Of a stretch of DNA of 32,000 nucleotides, positions 8,973-17,893 are shown piece after piece. The DNA comes from Candidatus Scalindua sp. SCAELEC01 (GTDB lineage: Bacteria; Planctomycetota; Brocadiia; Brocadiales; Scalinduaceae), in contig SHMT01000008.1 in NCBI GenBank assembly GCA_004282745.1, positions 19,909 to 51,908 on the forward strand, read 5' to 3'. The notes under the pieces were generated by a model that was given only the letters and a program-made list of their open reading frames with translations, was not told where the DNA came from and made no database searches. The translations under genes were made by a program, and so were the position numbers. Numbering within the stretch: the stretch's first letter is position 1; the number at the start of each line of letters is the position of its first letter.

Positions 8973-10309
8973 ACCTCTATCTTCCTCCATCTCCCCAGTT
9001 TAAATATCACGCAAACGGCAATAGAACGAAAGATCCAGTCAAGTGCCACCCCAAACCATATCCCCGCCAGTCCCCATTTTAACACGATTCCAAAAACATA
9101 GGCAACCGGTAAATGAAAACATAATGTTCCCACTACCGTAATAATCATCAGGCTCAGGGTATCTCCTGCTCCTCGCAGGCCTCCGGCATAGACCATGAAT
9201 ATTGCCAAAGCAGGCTGTTCTAGGGCTGCAATCATAATACATAGTGAACTCAGAGCAAGAACATCCTGCTCAGGATGGAAGAGTTTCGCCATCGGTTTCG
9301 CAAGGGTTAAAAATATAAGAGCAAAAAAACCCATAACCGTAAGGGCGATCAAACAGTTCCTCCTCATGCTTAATCTTGCGAGATCAATTTTCCCCGCCCC
9401 AAGACTCTGCCCCACTAAGGTGGCCGTTGTTACCGCAAAGGCATAGCTCGGCATAAATGATATGGCCTCTATTCTGAGGGCAATCTGGTGCGCAGCAAGA
9501 GCGACCGTTCCAAGAATTGCAACTATCTTCATAAAGAAAAGATATCCTATCTGGGTGAGAAAGGCATCTAACATTGCGGGTAGGGAAATCCTCAGCATTC
9601 TCTGTATCCGGGCTTTCCTTACGCCAACTACGTATTTCAACTTTATTGTCAAAATACTTTTTCTGTTTAAGAGCTTATAAAAAATAAAAGACGCTCCGAT
9701 CATATACGCAATCGAGGTACCCCATGCGGCGCCAGCCACTTCCAAACGGGGAAACCCCCCTATACCAAAGACAAGAAGACAGCTAAAGACTACATTTACA
9801 CAATTCATGACGAGCGTCATCACCATTGGGGTACGGGTATCACCTGCGCCTCTGAATATTGCGCTTCCCGTTAAAATTATCAAACGGAGAATAAAAAAAC
9901 TTGAAATTATCTTAAGATAGGGAGTTCCCAAAACCACAACATCATATTCGGCGCTCATTGCTATCAAGAACTTTTCGGCAAAGAAAAAAACCAATGGACT
10001 GATTATGAGGCCCAGGATTACTGATAAAAATATGGACTGACCGGCAACTCTTTCAGCCTCTTCCTTCTCTTTTGCACCGATACTCCTTGCCACAAGAGCT
10101 GTGGTACCAACATTTAGTGCAGAGAATATCATTGAAATAATGAAGCTCAGGGCACCTGCCAACCCTACTGCAGCAACAGGAGCTGTCCCCAACCTGCCGA
10201 CAATGAGGATGTCCGCGATAAAGACAGCCATATGCAAGAGGTTTTCCAAGGCCACAGGAAGAGCGAGTTTCATGATATTTTTATTTAAATTTTCTTCGGT
10301 TAATTCCAT
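8969..10309 (-). CDS. MATE-family multidrug/Na+ efflux transporter
   Basis: 446 aa, about 12 hydrophobic segments, MATE-like pattern LPVALENLLHMAVFIADILIVGRLGTAPVAAVGLAG and ALAAHQIALRIEAISFMPSYAFAVTTATLVGQSLGA. Confidence 0.93.
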   Translation of the reverse strand: MELTEENLNKNIMKLALPVALENLLHMAVFIADILIVGRLGTAPVAAVGLAGALSFIISMIFSALNVGTTALVARSIGAKEKEEAERVAGQSIFLSVILGLIISPLVFFFAEKFLIAMSAEYDVVVLGTPYLKIISSFFILRLIILTGSAIFRGAGDTRTPMVMTLVMNCVNVVFSCLLVFGIGGFPRLEVAGAAWGTSIAYMIGASFIFYKLLNRKSILTIKLKYVVGVRKARIQRMLRISLPAMLDAFLTQIGYLFFMKIVAILGTVALAAHQIALRIEAISFMPSYAFAVTTATLVGQSLGAGKIDLARLSMRRNCLIALTVMGFFALIFLTLAKPMAKLFHPEQDVLALSSLCIMIAALEQPALAIFMVYAGGLRGAGDTLSLMIITVVGTLCFHLPVAYVFGIVLKWGLAGIWFGVALDWIFRSIAVCVIFKLGRWRKIEV

Positions 10310-10438
10310 AAAGCTCTTCCTAAACGAGTGTTATAGTTATGGTTACCACGGTGGCTTCATCTTTATCATTCCACCTCTTCCATATCACCAGCAAAAATTG
10401 TTTTGGTGTAGTAATAAAAGTTCAGACTTCCTGGCCCT

Positions 10439-10624
10439 TAGGGCCCAGGAAAGAATAACTTGTCGTTCTTGCATCTCATTTTCAGGTCACCTTCGGCCAC
10501 TCTTCACTCGCAGTATCCTCGCTGTAGCTCAGGCTACGCCTGCGGTCCTGCTCGATCAGATCGACCAAATCTGATCTAAAACTGAGCGCTATAAAACAAC
10601 AAGTTATTTTTTCCTGGCCCCTTA
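10439..10624. repeat. Inverted-terminal repeat element, family 4
   Basis: Left end TTAGGGCCCAGGAAAGAATAACTTGTCGT; right end ACAACAAGTTATTTTTTCCTGGCCCCTTA, near-complementary over about 29 bp. Single ends recur at 11002 and 12921. Confidence 0.6.
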
Positions 10625-10817
10625 GGATATTCTGCCGTTCACCTTATTTCTCCTTTAAAAACTTTTGCAAATGTCCTGCTTTGTCATATTGACACGTAAG
10701 ACGCCTTTATGATACTTTTTTAGTGAGCATTCAGTAAACGACGTTTGTTTAGCGGAAGAGTAGTTTCGTTAAAAAGCAGAAATGAATTATGAAGATCGAT
10801 CATTGAACGGAAAACCT

Positions 10818-10970
10818 GTGTTTGAACGAAAACTGCCCAGGTATAAGGCACGTAATGATTCTGTAACCGGAGCGGACTCAAGTACGTGAGGATTACGGAA
10901 TTATTACAGTAACGCAGTAGATGGCTTGCCTTCCAAGTGTATGCAAGCTTGGGAGTTTTCGTTCAAACAC
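10818..10970. repeat. MITE-like repeat, family 1, copy b
   Basis: GTGTTTGAACGAAAACTGCCCAGG...GTAACCGGAGCGGACTCAAGTACGTGAGGATTACGGAAT...GTTTTCGTTCAAACAC. Confidence 0.85.
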
Positions 10971-11190
10971 TATTGACATGATGAATGAGGAGTTATCCAT
11001 CTAAGGGCCCAGGAAAGAACAACTTGTATATGTAGTACGCTATTACAAGAAACGTTCGTTACCCAGGTGGTTTTTCCGACCATTGATCCCTGTTTTCAAG
11101 AGTTGCTCGGCTCGGTTGTTCTGGAGAGGGACTTCTGGATTATCGATAAATATCGTATATACATGACTCTAATATGTTTGCAAAACACTT

Positions 11191-11496
11191 TTACCCGAAT
11201 AGTTTTAGAGCGGCAAACAGCATTGCGGAAGTTCCAGAAATAATAGCAAAGATTTTAAGTAACAGATCTTTTTGAGCATATGCCATACGAATTTCCAGAT
11301 TTTTTATATCCTCTTTGAGTTCATATCGTATAGTGTCTCCAAGGCTCTTGTTTTGGGCAAGAATAAACTCTTTCAGGCTTTCATGACTATCAGCATGGGA
11401 ACATTCAATAATCTTTGCCAATGTTTTGGCCTGTTCGTGATTAAAGTTTACGGCTTCAAGCACTTCTATATTTTCTAATTCTCTTGTAATAGGCAT
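11191..11496 (-). CDS. Small coiled-coil protein with C-terminal TM segment
   Basis: 101 aa; LKEDIKNLEIRMAYAQKDLLLKIFAIISGTSAMLFAALKLFG; resembles CCDC90/DUF1640-type coiled-coil membrane proteins. Confidence 0.55.
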   Translation of the reverse strand: MPITRELENIEVLEAVNFNHEQAKTLAKIIECSHADSHESLKEFILAQNKSLGDTIRYELKEDIKNLEIRMAYAQKDLLLKIFAIISGTSAMLFAALKLFG

Positions 11497-11751
11497 GGGT
11501 ACAACCTAACAAAAATATTAAAATAAGTCAATTGTAATCAGCAAACAGTTTTAATCAACAATTATAGAGTACCTTATCATTTGGCACAGATCTAAAAACA
11601 GACTTTGGCCTCACGATTGGATTTAGATTAAAATTTTTAAACAGTTGTCTAATAAAAATCATCCTATATATACCAATCACAAGTGAGTTTTCGGTTTTCA
11701 TATCAAGCAATACCGATGACAAGGGTAAATCTGAAAATGCTTATAACAATT

Positions 11752-11940
11752 CAGTAGCGTCCGGTTAGGTTTTTGCGGAGGCAGCTTTTGTCATACCCGA
11801 AGACTTTTATCGGGTATCCAGAGATTTGTTAATTCTAGATTCCCGCTAAAAACATGCCTGCCCGAATAGGTACAGGCGGGCGGAAATGACAGTTTTGGGG
11901 CAATCAATTAAACACGTAAAAACCTAACCGGACGCTACTG
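11752..11940. repeat. MITE-like repeat, family 2, copy a
   Basis: Terminal inverted repeat of about 23-24 bp: (T)CAGTAGCGTCCGGTTAGGTTTTT ... AAAAACCTAACCGGACGCTACTG(A). Confidence 0.9.
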
Positions 11941-12106
11941 AAGGTAAATACGTTTAACCGTTTAATTTTTTTTGAAATCGAAAATATGGTTGACAACACC
12001 CCATACAACCATTAGATTTTTCTATACTTTTTACTTACCTTGTCAGATATTAGTGAGAAAAACAAAAACTTATGCAAAATAAACTTCTTAGATTAAAATT
12101 GTATAA

Positions 12107-12487
12107 ATGTATACGGGTATCGATATTATTGAAGTGAAGAGGATTGAACGGGTCTTTCTCTCCCATGAAGGCTTTGTCAGAAGGGTTTTCACGGAAGATG
12201 AGGTGAAATATTGCCAATCGAAGAGGAACTGTTTCCAGCATTATGCAGTTCGTTTTGCAGCAAAAGAGGCCGTTCTTAAGGCCTTTGGGACAGGCTTAAG
12301 AGAGAGGATGAAGTGGACCGACGTAGAGACACTCAACGAAGAGTCAGGAAAACCGTATGTAAATCTCTATGGCCGGGTTAAAGAGATGGCGATTGAAAAA
12401 AATATCTGTGAGATTTCAATCTCTCTGTCTCATTGCAAAGAATATGCAGTCGCTCACGCATTATTGGTTACACGCAACAATGGTTGA
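12107..12487 (+). CDS. acpS: Holo-[acyl-carrier-protein] synthase (4'-phosphopantetheinyl transferase)
   Basis: MYTGIDIIEVKRIERVFLSHEGFVRRVFTEDEVKYC...YAVRFAAKEAVLKAFGTGLR...ISISLSHCKEYAVAHALL: AcpS motifs GxDiiei, FAAKEAxxKAxGTG and SxSH. Confidence 0.95.
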   Translation: MYTGIDIIEVKRIERVFLSHEGFVRRVFTEDEVKYCQSKRNCFQHYAVRFAAKEAVLKAFGTGLRERMKWTDVETLNEESGKPYVNLYGRVKEMAIEKNICEISISLSHCKEYAVAHALLVTRNNG

Positions 12488-12770
12488 ACGAAAACTCCCA
12501 AGCTTGCATACACTTGGAAGGCAAGCCATCTACTGCGTTGCCATAATAGTTTTGTAATCCTCACGTACTTGAGTACGTTCCGGTTACAAAACTATCACGC
12601 GCCTTATATACTAAAACCGATTTGGTTTTAGATTTTTCCCGTCCGAACGGCTGACAGGCCGGGCGGGCTGAAAACCAAAGCTTGGTGAAGGTATACTCGC
12701 TCCGTTTTAACTCGGATTTTATCCGAAAACCATTATGAGATGAGTATATCTGGGCAGTTTTCGTTCAACC
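12482..12770. repeat. MITE-like repeat, family 1, copy c (interrupted by a family 3 element)
   Basis: GGTTGAACGAAAACT...AATCCTCACGTACTTGAGTACGTTCCGGTTAC...CGCGCCTTATA | family 3 | TATCTGGGCAGTTTTCGTTCAACC. Confidence 0.82.
12607..12748. repeat. MITE-like repeat, family 3, copy b (nested)
   Basis: TATACTAAAACCGATTTGGTTTTAGA...CTCGGATTTTATCCGAAAACCATTATGAGATGAGTATA, same ends as the copies at 7179 and 24103. Confidence 0.8.
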
Positions 12771-12936
12771 AATATTTTGCAGCTTAAACTTTTCAGACTA
12801 AACCACCTTAACGCAGGCCGAAAGTAGGGGTTCCAATTTTGCCCCCTGCAACAAAATTTTGTTTTTCTCTGCGGCCTCTGCGTTAAAATGTAATACTAAA
12901 GACTTGCTATGAAAACCCCTATTCTTTCCTGGGCCC

Positions 12937-14094
12937 TTAAATAATGATCTGGTTTTTCCATAGCAAACGCAAAAACTCCATTGCGGGATAAATATATATA
13001 CCATCCATTTTGGTCACTCTTTCTCCGAGAAAAATCCCTAAACATTTCACTTTCCCTTCACCCAATTCCTCACGTAATCTATGCAACCCTCTGTTATATT
13101 TTCTCTCCCAAACCTTCACGCTTTTTATCTCTATAGCGAGAAACTCATTCGCTTGCTCCAAAAATATGTCTACTTCATTGCCACCGTGGCTTCTCCAATA
13201 ATATAACGGGTATTCATTATCATTATAGTGTAGATAAGCTCGCAATTCGTTTATAATGAACGTCTCAAAAAGAGGGCCCAACTCCTCATGCAATATAGGA
13301 TATGCCAGCCTCCCGGATAAAGCGCGAACAACACCGGAATCAAAAAAATAAAACTTTGGGTGGGCTACCTGCTTTGTAGATGTTTTTAACTTCCATGGAT
13401 AGAGCCAAAACCCGGTTAAAGTGTCTATGAGGATCTCGAAATAGCCTTGTACAGTTTGCCGAGCAACCATTGCGTCTCTTGATATTGAGGATACGTTGGT
13501 TATTTGTCCGTTTTGCCTTGCCGCAACTTCCAAAAATCTTGCAAAATTCCCGATATTTCTGGTTAAAGCTTCCCCCTTTATCTCCTCTTTCAAATAGGTT
13601 TCAGCGTAGGTTTTCAAAAACCGCATGGGCTTTTCCGATAAAAAGGAGAGAGGCAGCATTCCATAAGTAATCTGTTTTTTCAAGTCAAAATCAAATCCAA
13701 CCTCTTTTGAAACAAAAGGAAAAAGATAGAAGGTGATGGCTCTGCCGGCCAATAAATTAACACTCGATCTTCTCAATTTACGAGCGCTTGAACCGGAGAG
13801 AATAAAAAACAGATTTCTATCTTCTATTATGCGATGCACTTCATTAAGCAAGTCCGGAACTTTTTGTATTTCATCAATTACTACCGTAGTCTTAGGCGGT
13901 AAATGTATGGTTTCGTCATAAAGCAGAGAAGGTTGCCTGCTAAATCTGATAACTTCCGCAGTATTTAAAAGGTCATAGGTAATAGCATTGGGGAAATGAT
14001 GTTTGATCCAAGTGGACTTACCTGTACCTCTCGGACCAAGCAAAAAAGCTGAAGAGCTCATTTTTTTTAATACTCTCTTAAACATAGTCGGCAA
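12937..14094 (-). CDS. AAA+ ATPase with DUF4143 C-terminal domain
   Basis: Walker A LLGPRGTGKSTWIKHHFP, Walker B TTVVIDEIQKVPDLLNEVHRII, sensor FILSGSSARKLRR, DUF4143-like C-terminus YYWRSHGGNEVDIFLEQANEFLAIEIKS. Confidence 0.93.
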   Translation of the reverse strand: MPTMFKRVLKKMSSSAFLLGPRGTGKSTWIKHHFPNAITYDLLNTAEVIRFSRQPSLLYDETIHLPPKTTVVIDEIQKVPDLLNEVHRIIEDRNLFFILSGSSARKLRRSSVNLLAGRAITFYLFPFVSKEVGFDFDLKKQITYGMLPLSFLSEKPMRFLKTYAETYLKEEIKGEALTRNIGNFARFLEVAARQNGQITNVSSISRDAMVARQTVQGYFEILIDTLTGFWLYPWKLKTSTKQVAHPKFYFFDSGVVRALSGRLAYPILHEELGPLFETFIINELRAYLHYNDNEYPLYYWRSHGGNEVDIFLEQANEFLAIEIKSVKVWERKYNRGLHRLREELGEGKVKCLGIFLGERVTKMDGIYIYPAMEFLRLLWKNQIII

Positions 14095-14163
14095 TTTTAC
14101 GGGAAATTTGCCTATATGTCAATCAGATTTCCCATATATGCTAAATTCATAGGCCTATTTAGT

Positions 14164-14306
14164 GTCTGAACGAAAACCCTGTGTTTGAATGAAAAGTGTC
14201 TAGGTACAAGGCGCGTAATAATTTTGTAACCGGAACGTACAATTGTACTTGAGGATTGCGAAATTATTGCAGCAACGCAGTAGATGGGTAGTGTTCGTTC
14301 AAACAC
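14164..14306. repeat. MITE-like repeat, family 1, copy d
   Basis: GTCTGAACGAAAACCCTGTGTTTGAATGAAAAGTGTCTAGGTACAAGGCGCG...GCAGTAGATGGGTAGTGTTCGTTCAAACAC. Confidence 0.8.
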
Positions 14307-14776
14307 TATTTACTCGTTGACTTAAATGATAGATCATTTTATCATTTAAATTATCAGGGAATTATTGTATAAGGCACCATTTGGAAAATTCGTCAAAAAG
14401 CAATCAAGGCCTTTTCAACTTGCTAGAGAAGATGAGAAGCATTATTACAATCATGATAAAGTGTTCGACGAAATAAGACAATCTCCATTTACCATAAAAA
14501 AAGCGTCTGAGTATCTTTAGGGAGCGGAAATAACCGTCAGAAGGTGGGTATAGATTCTTAACCCCACGTCCCATCTGCGATAATCTGTGCCCTCTCCTTT
14601 CTCTCTTCCCTTTTGTTTCAAAAGAAGTTGAATTCAACTTTGCATTATCTGAATTCTCAAAAAAGGTAACCCGGAACGGTGAACACTGAACCGGTGATCT
14701 CGCACGAATGCACATCCGTTTAAAAAGATTAAAACATGGACTTGATAATGGGTGAAAATAGTGTAAAATACCGTCA

Positions 14777-14897
14777 AGTTAAACTAAAATCGCCCATCTA
14801 CTGCGTTGCTATAAAAATTTTGCAATCTTCACGTACTTGAGTACGTTCCGGTTACAAACTTATTACGCGCCTTGTATCTGGGCAGTTTTAGTTCAAC
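14777..14897. repeat. MITE-like repeat, family 1, copy e (reverse orientation)
   Basis: AAGTTAAACTAAAATCGCCCATCTACTGCGTTGC...CACGTACTTGAGTACGTTCCGGTTAC...CGCGCCTTGTATCTGGGCAGTTTTAGTTCAAC. Confidence 0.78.
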
Positions 14898-15025
14898 GTG
14901 ATGGTTTGCATCTTGATTATGTTGTAAATTCTGCCTAGAAGAAGACTTATCATGAAAAACCCTATACCATAGAGTTATGCTCTTTTTTTATAACGTTATT
15001 TTTTATCGAACCTAAATTTAAAAAA

Positions 15026-16492
15026 ATGAAAAAGTTAATTCTCATTAATCCTCACCCCGTTGGTAATGTTGGCGAGGAGAATGTCTCCGTATTAAATCAG
15101 ATGCCCGTAAACCTGGGGTATTTGAAGACGCTGACACCGGATCATTGGGATGTAGATATTATTGACGAGACACAAGAGCTGGCAGTGGATGAAAAGGGTG
15201 AGAACATCTGTTTTGAAAAGCCTGATTTGGTCGGAATTACGTGTGTGAGCTATCAGGCTCATCGGGCATATCAGATAGCTACGGCATGCAAAAAAAACGG
15301 GATACCCGTTATCATGGGCGGTGTACACGCTACAAGTAATCCCGAAGAAGCGGCCCAATATGTTGATTCTGTCATAATAAGAGAGGCAGTTACGATTTGG
15401 GCCGAGATAATTGCTGATTTTGAGAACGGTGCCCTTAAGAAATCATATGATGGCGGCCTCACGCCTATGGAGATGTACAAAGAGCTCTACTCGGATCGAG
15501 AGTTTTTAAAGGAGAAATATAAGTATCGCTATTCCGGCATCATCACGACTGCCGGGTGCCCCTTTAGTTGTGATTTTTGTTCGGTTCCTCAGTTTCAAGG
15601 GAGAAAGTATCGGGAAAGACCGATCGATGATGTGCTCAACGAGCTGGAGAAAATCAAAGGAGAGTATCGGGGCCTTATCCTGACCGATGAAAATTTCTAT
15701 GGACACAGTAAAAAATCAAACGAAAGAGTGCGCACTCTCTTTAAGAAGATGGTAGAGAGAGGCATATATCAGAATTGGTTTGGCTTCACGTCGTTAAACA
15801 TCTATCAAGATGATGAAACATTAGACTACATGGTAAAGAGTGGTTGTGTTGGAGTTCTCATTGGGATTGAATCTATCAATGAAGAGACGTTAAAGACGAT
15901 GAATAAGGGCGTCAACTTGCGCATCACCGTCGACAAATATAAAGAAGCGGTAAAAAATATTCGGAAACATGGTCTTGCAGTATGGGGTACAATGGTTTTC
16001 GGTAATGATGGTGATACACCGGAAGGTTTTAAAGAGGTAGTAGATTTCATTGTTGATGCAAAGATCGACATTATGACCTGTGGTATTTTATGCCCTTTTA
16101 TTAATACCCCCCTATATCTGAGACTTAATGGTGAAAAGAGACTGTTTCGGACAAATTTCCCCGAAGATTGGATCTACTATACTTCGCACCATCTTACCTA
16201 TGTATTAAAACTTTCACTTCAGGAATTCATTGATGGTCTGGAGTATGTCTATGAGAATATCTATTCAACTGATGTGATTAGGGCGAAATTCCGAAATGCA
16301 AAGACGGAGTTAAACAACCTCAACGCCGCTATGTTTGCCTTTCGGGTAAATCTTGACTGGCAATATGTCTTTCACCATTTGTTAGAAAACTTAAGGGAAT
16401 TACAGGCTTCAGGTGTCTATGAAGAGGCACGTGAACGCTACGAAAAAATGAAACGTAGTAAGGATACCGGTTTAGCAAGCGCAAGGTCTTAA
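15026..16492 (+). CDS. B12-binding-domain radical SAM protein
   Basis: 488 aa; N-terminal Rossmann-like region LILINPHPVGNVGEENVSV...; radical SAM motif AGCPFSCDFCSVPQFQG (CxxxCxxC), followed by LTDENFYG and GIESINEETLKTMNKG. Confidence 0.9.
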   Translation: MKKLILINPHPVGNVGEENVSVLNQMPVNLGYLKTLTPDHWDVDIIDETQELAVDEKGENICFEKPDLVGITCVSYQAHRAYQIATACKKNGIPVIMGGVHATSNPEEAAQYVDSVIIREAVTIWAEIIADFENGALKKSYDGGLTPMEMYKELYSDREFLKEKYKYRYSGIITTAGCPFSCDFCSVPQFQGRKYRERPIDDVLNELEKIKGEYRGLILTDENFYGHSKKSNERVRTLFKKMVERGIYQNWFGFTSLNIYQDDETLDYMVKSGCVGVLIGIESINEETLKTMNKGVNLRITVDKYKEAVKNIRKHGLAVWGTMVFGNDGDTPEGFKEVVDFIVDAKIDIMTCGILCPFINTPLYLRLNGEKRLFRTNFPEDWIYYTSHHLTYVLKLSLQEFIDGLEYVYENIYSTDVIRAKFRNAKTELNNLNAAMFAFRVNLDWQYVFHHLLENLRELQASGVYEEARERYEKMKRSKDTGLASARS

Positions 16493-16662
16493 GCAAGGAC
16501 TATTTTTTTCTCCACACAGGTACAAGATTTCTCAAGTAGTGAGGAGCAAATCCGCAGAATATTTTCTCGGAATCAGGTGAGACCAACACTTTTACATTTT
16601 GTGCATACCCTGAGTTTTGAGATACCTATCATATCTTTTGTGTTATTTCTGAAGGAAAAATC

Positions 16663-17871
16663 GTGTCAAAAGTCGTTGTTACGGGTTTGGGATTAGTATT
16701 AGCCAATGGCATTGGAGTTAAGGATGCATGGGAAGCACTCATTCAGGGCAAAGATGGCTCAGGAGAGGTAACCTCATTTGACACCTCACCGTATAAGATC
16801 CATCGTGCCTGTGAAGTGAAGGATTTCAAGATAGATACCACATTTGAAAATGAAACGCCTGCCCATACGATCCACAAGTATGCCTATTCAGCGGCTAAGG
16901 AAGCGTTAGAAGATAGTGGTTTACACAATGTCGCCAAATATGATTGCGAAAGATTTGGAATTGCGATTGGAACCCTTGCCGGGGAACTTCCCCCGTTTGA
17001 ATACCTGTTACGCAACTCCCCTGATGAGAAGGCTAACGGTTTTGACATGAACGTCGCCTTAACATACCCTCCATCCTCAATAACTTCCCTACTCTCCGAA
17101 GATTTTGGTTTTGAAGGCCCGAATATGGTTTCGTTAAATGCATGCTCTTCCGGCAACCACGCTATCGCATGGGCATATGATCTCTTGCTAAACGGGAAAG
17201 TTGACGTAATGCTCGTAGGCGGCGGTGAACTAATACCGCAAACGGAGTTTACCCATTTTCACAATTTAAAGGCGCTCACTCCCGAAAAATGTCGCCCTTT
17301 TGACAAAGAGAGGAAGGGACTCATTATTGGTGAAGGTGCAGGGATTATGGTAATAGAGAACCTCGATTTTGCAAAAAAAAGAGGGGCGAACATTTATGCG
17401 GAATTAAAGAGCTATGGAATGAGTTGTGACGGTCACCATATGACAGCCCCACATCCAGAGGGGGCGGGAGCAATCAGGTCAATGATGGACGCTCTATCAG
17501 TTGCACAGCTCTCCTATAAGGACATTGATTACGTTAACGCGCATGGTACTGGCACGCCCTTGAATGATCGGATGGAAACGATGGCCATTAAATCTGTCTT
17601 TAAGGAGAGGGCAAAGCAGATTCCCGTTAGTTCAATAAAATCTATGATTGGCCATACCATGGGTGCGGCAAGTGCAATCGAGTCGGTCACAAGCTGCCTT
17701 TCGATCAAGAACAATATAGTTCCCCCTACAATAAACTACGAAACCCCTGATCCCGAATGTGATTTAGATTATGTGCCCAACGAGGGGAGAGAACTCAGAG
17801 TCAATTGCGTATTGAATAACTCCTTCGCCTTCGGAGGAAACAATGTCACCAATATTTTTAGTAGGCTTTAG
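16663..17871 (+). CDS. Beta-ketoacyl-ACP synthase, KAS I/II (FabF)-like, catalytically intact (KS-alpha candidate)
   Basis: GTG start; active-site Cys in MVSLNACSSGNHAIAWA (TGC at 17143), His in VNAHGTGTPLND, Lys/His in IKSMIGHTMGAAS, C-terminal NSFAFGGNN. Confidence 0.92.
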   Translation: MSKVVVTGLGLVLANGIGVKDAWEALIQGKDGSGEVTSFDTSPYKIHRACEVKDFKIDTTFENETPAHTIHKYAYSAAKEALEDSGLHNVAKYDCERFGIAIGTLAGELPPFEYLLRNSPDEKANGFDMNVALTYPPSSITSLLSEDFGFEGPNMVSLNACSSGNHAIAWAYDLLLNGKVDVMLVGGGELIPQTEFTHFHNLKALTPEKCRPFDKERKGLIIGEGAGIMVIENLDFAKKRGANIYAELKSYGMSCDGHHMTAPHPEGAGAIRSMMDALSVAQLSYKDIDYVNAHGTGTPLNDRMETMAIKSVFKERAKQIPVSSIKSMIGHTMGAASAIESVTSCLSIKNNIVPPTINYETPDPECDLDYVPNEGRELRVNCVLNNSFAFGGNNVTNIFSRL

Positions 17872-17893
17872 GAGCTGGATAACTAAATTATCA

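Noticed and set aside
8251-10574. Plus-strand ORFs antisense to the MBL and MATE genes (8251..8475, 9195..9446, 9462..9680, 10101..10574).
   Set aside because: They lie opposite well-supported conserved genes and show no recognisable domains.
12937-14094. Whether the AAA/DUF4143 ATPase could be a transposase or a novel defence gene.
   Set aside because: The Walker motifs and C-terminal signature match the common DUF4143 ATPase family; nothing in the immediate context supports a defence system.
14404-14715. 103-aa minus-strand ORF in the repeat-rich spacer before the radical SAM gene.
   Set aside because: Arg/Phe-rich sequence without a recognisable family, in a region of decayed/repeat DNA.
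17843-17893. Upstream start of the second ketosynthase ORF, overlapping the end of the first.
   Set aside because: The KS homology begins at MNKKTVITGIGVVSP (ATG at 17894), so the extra 17 residues are probably not translated.
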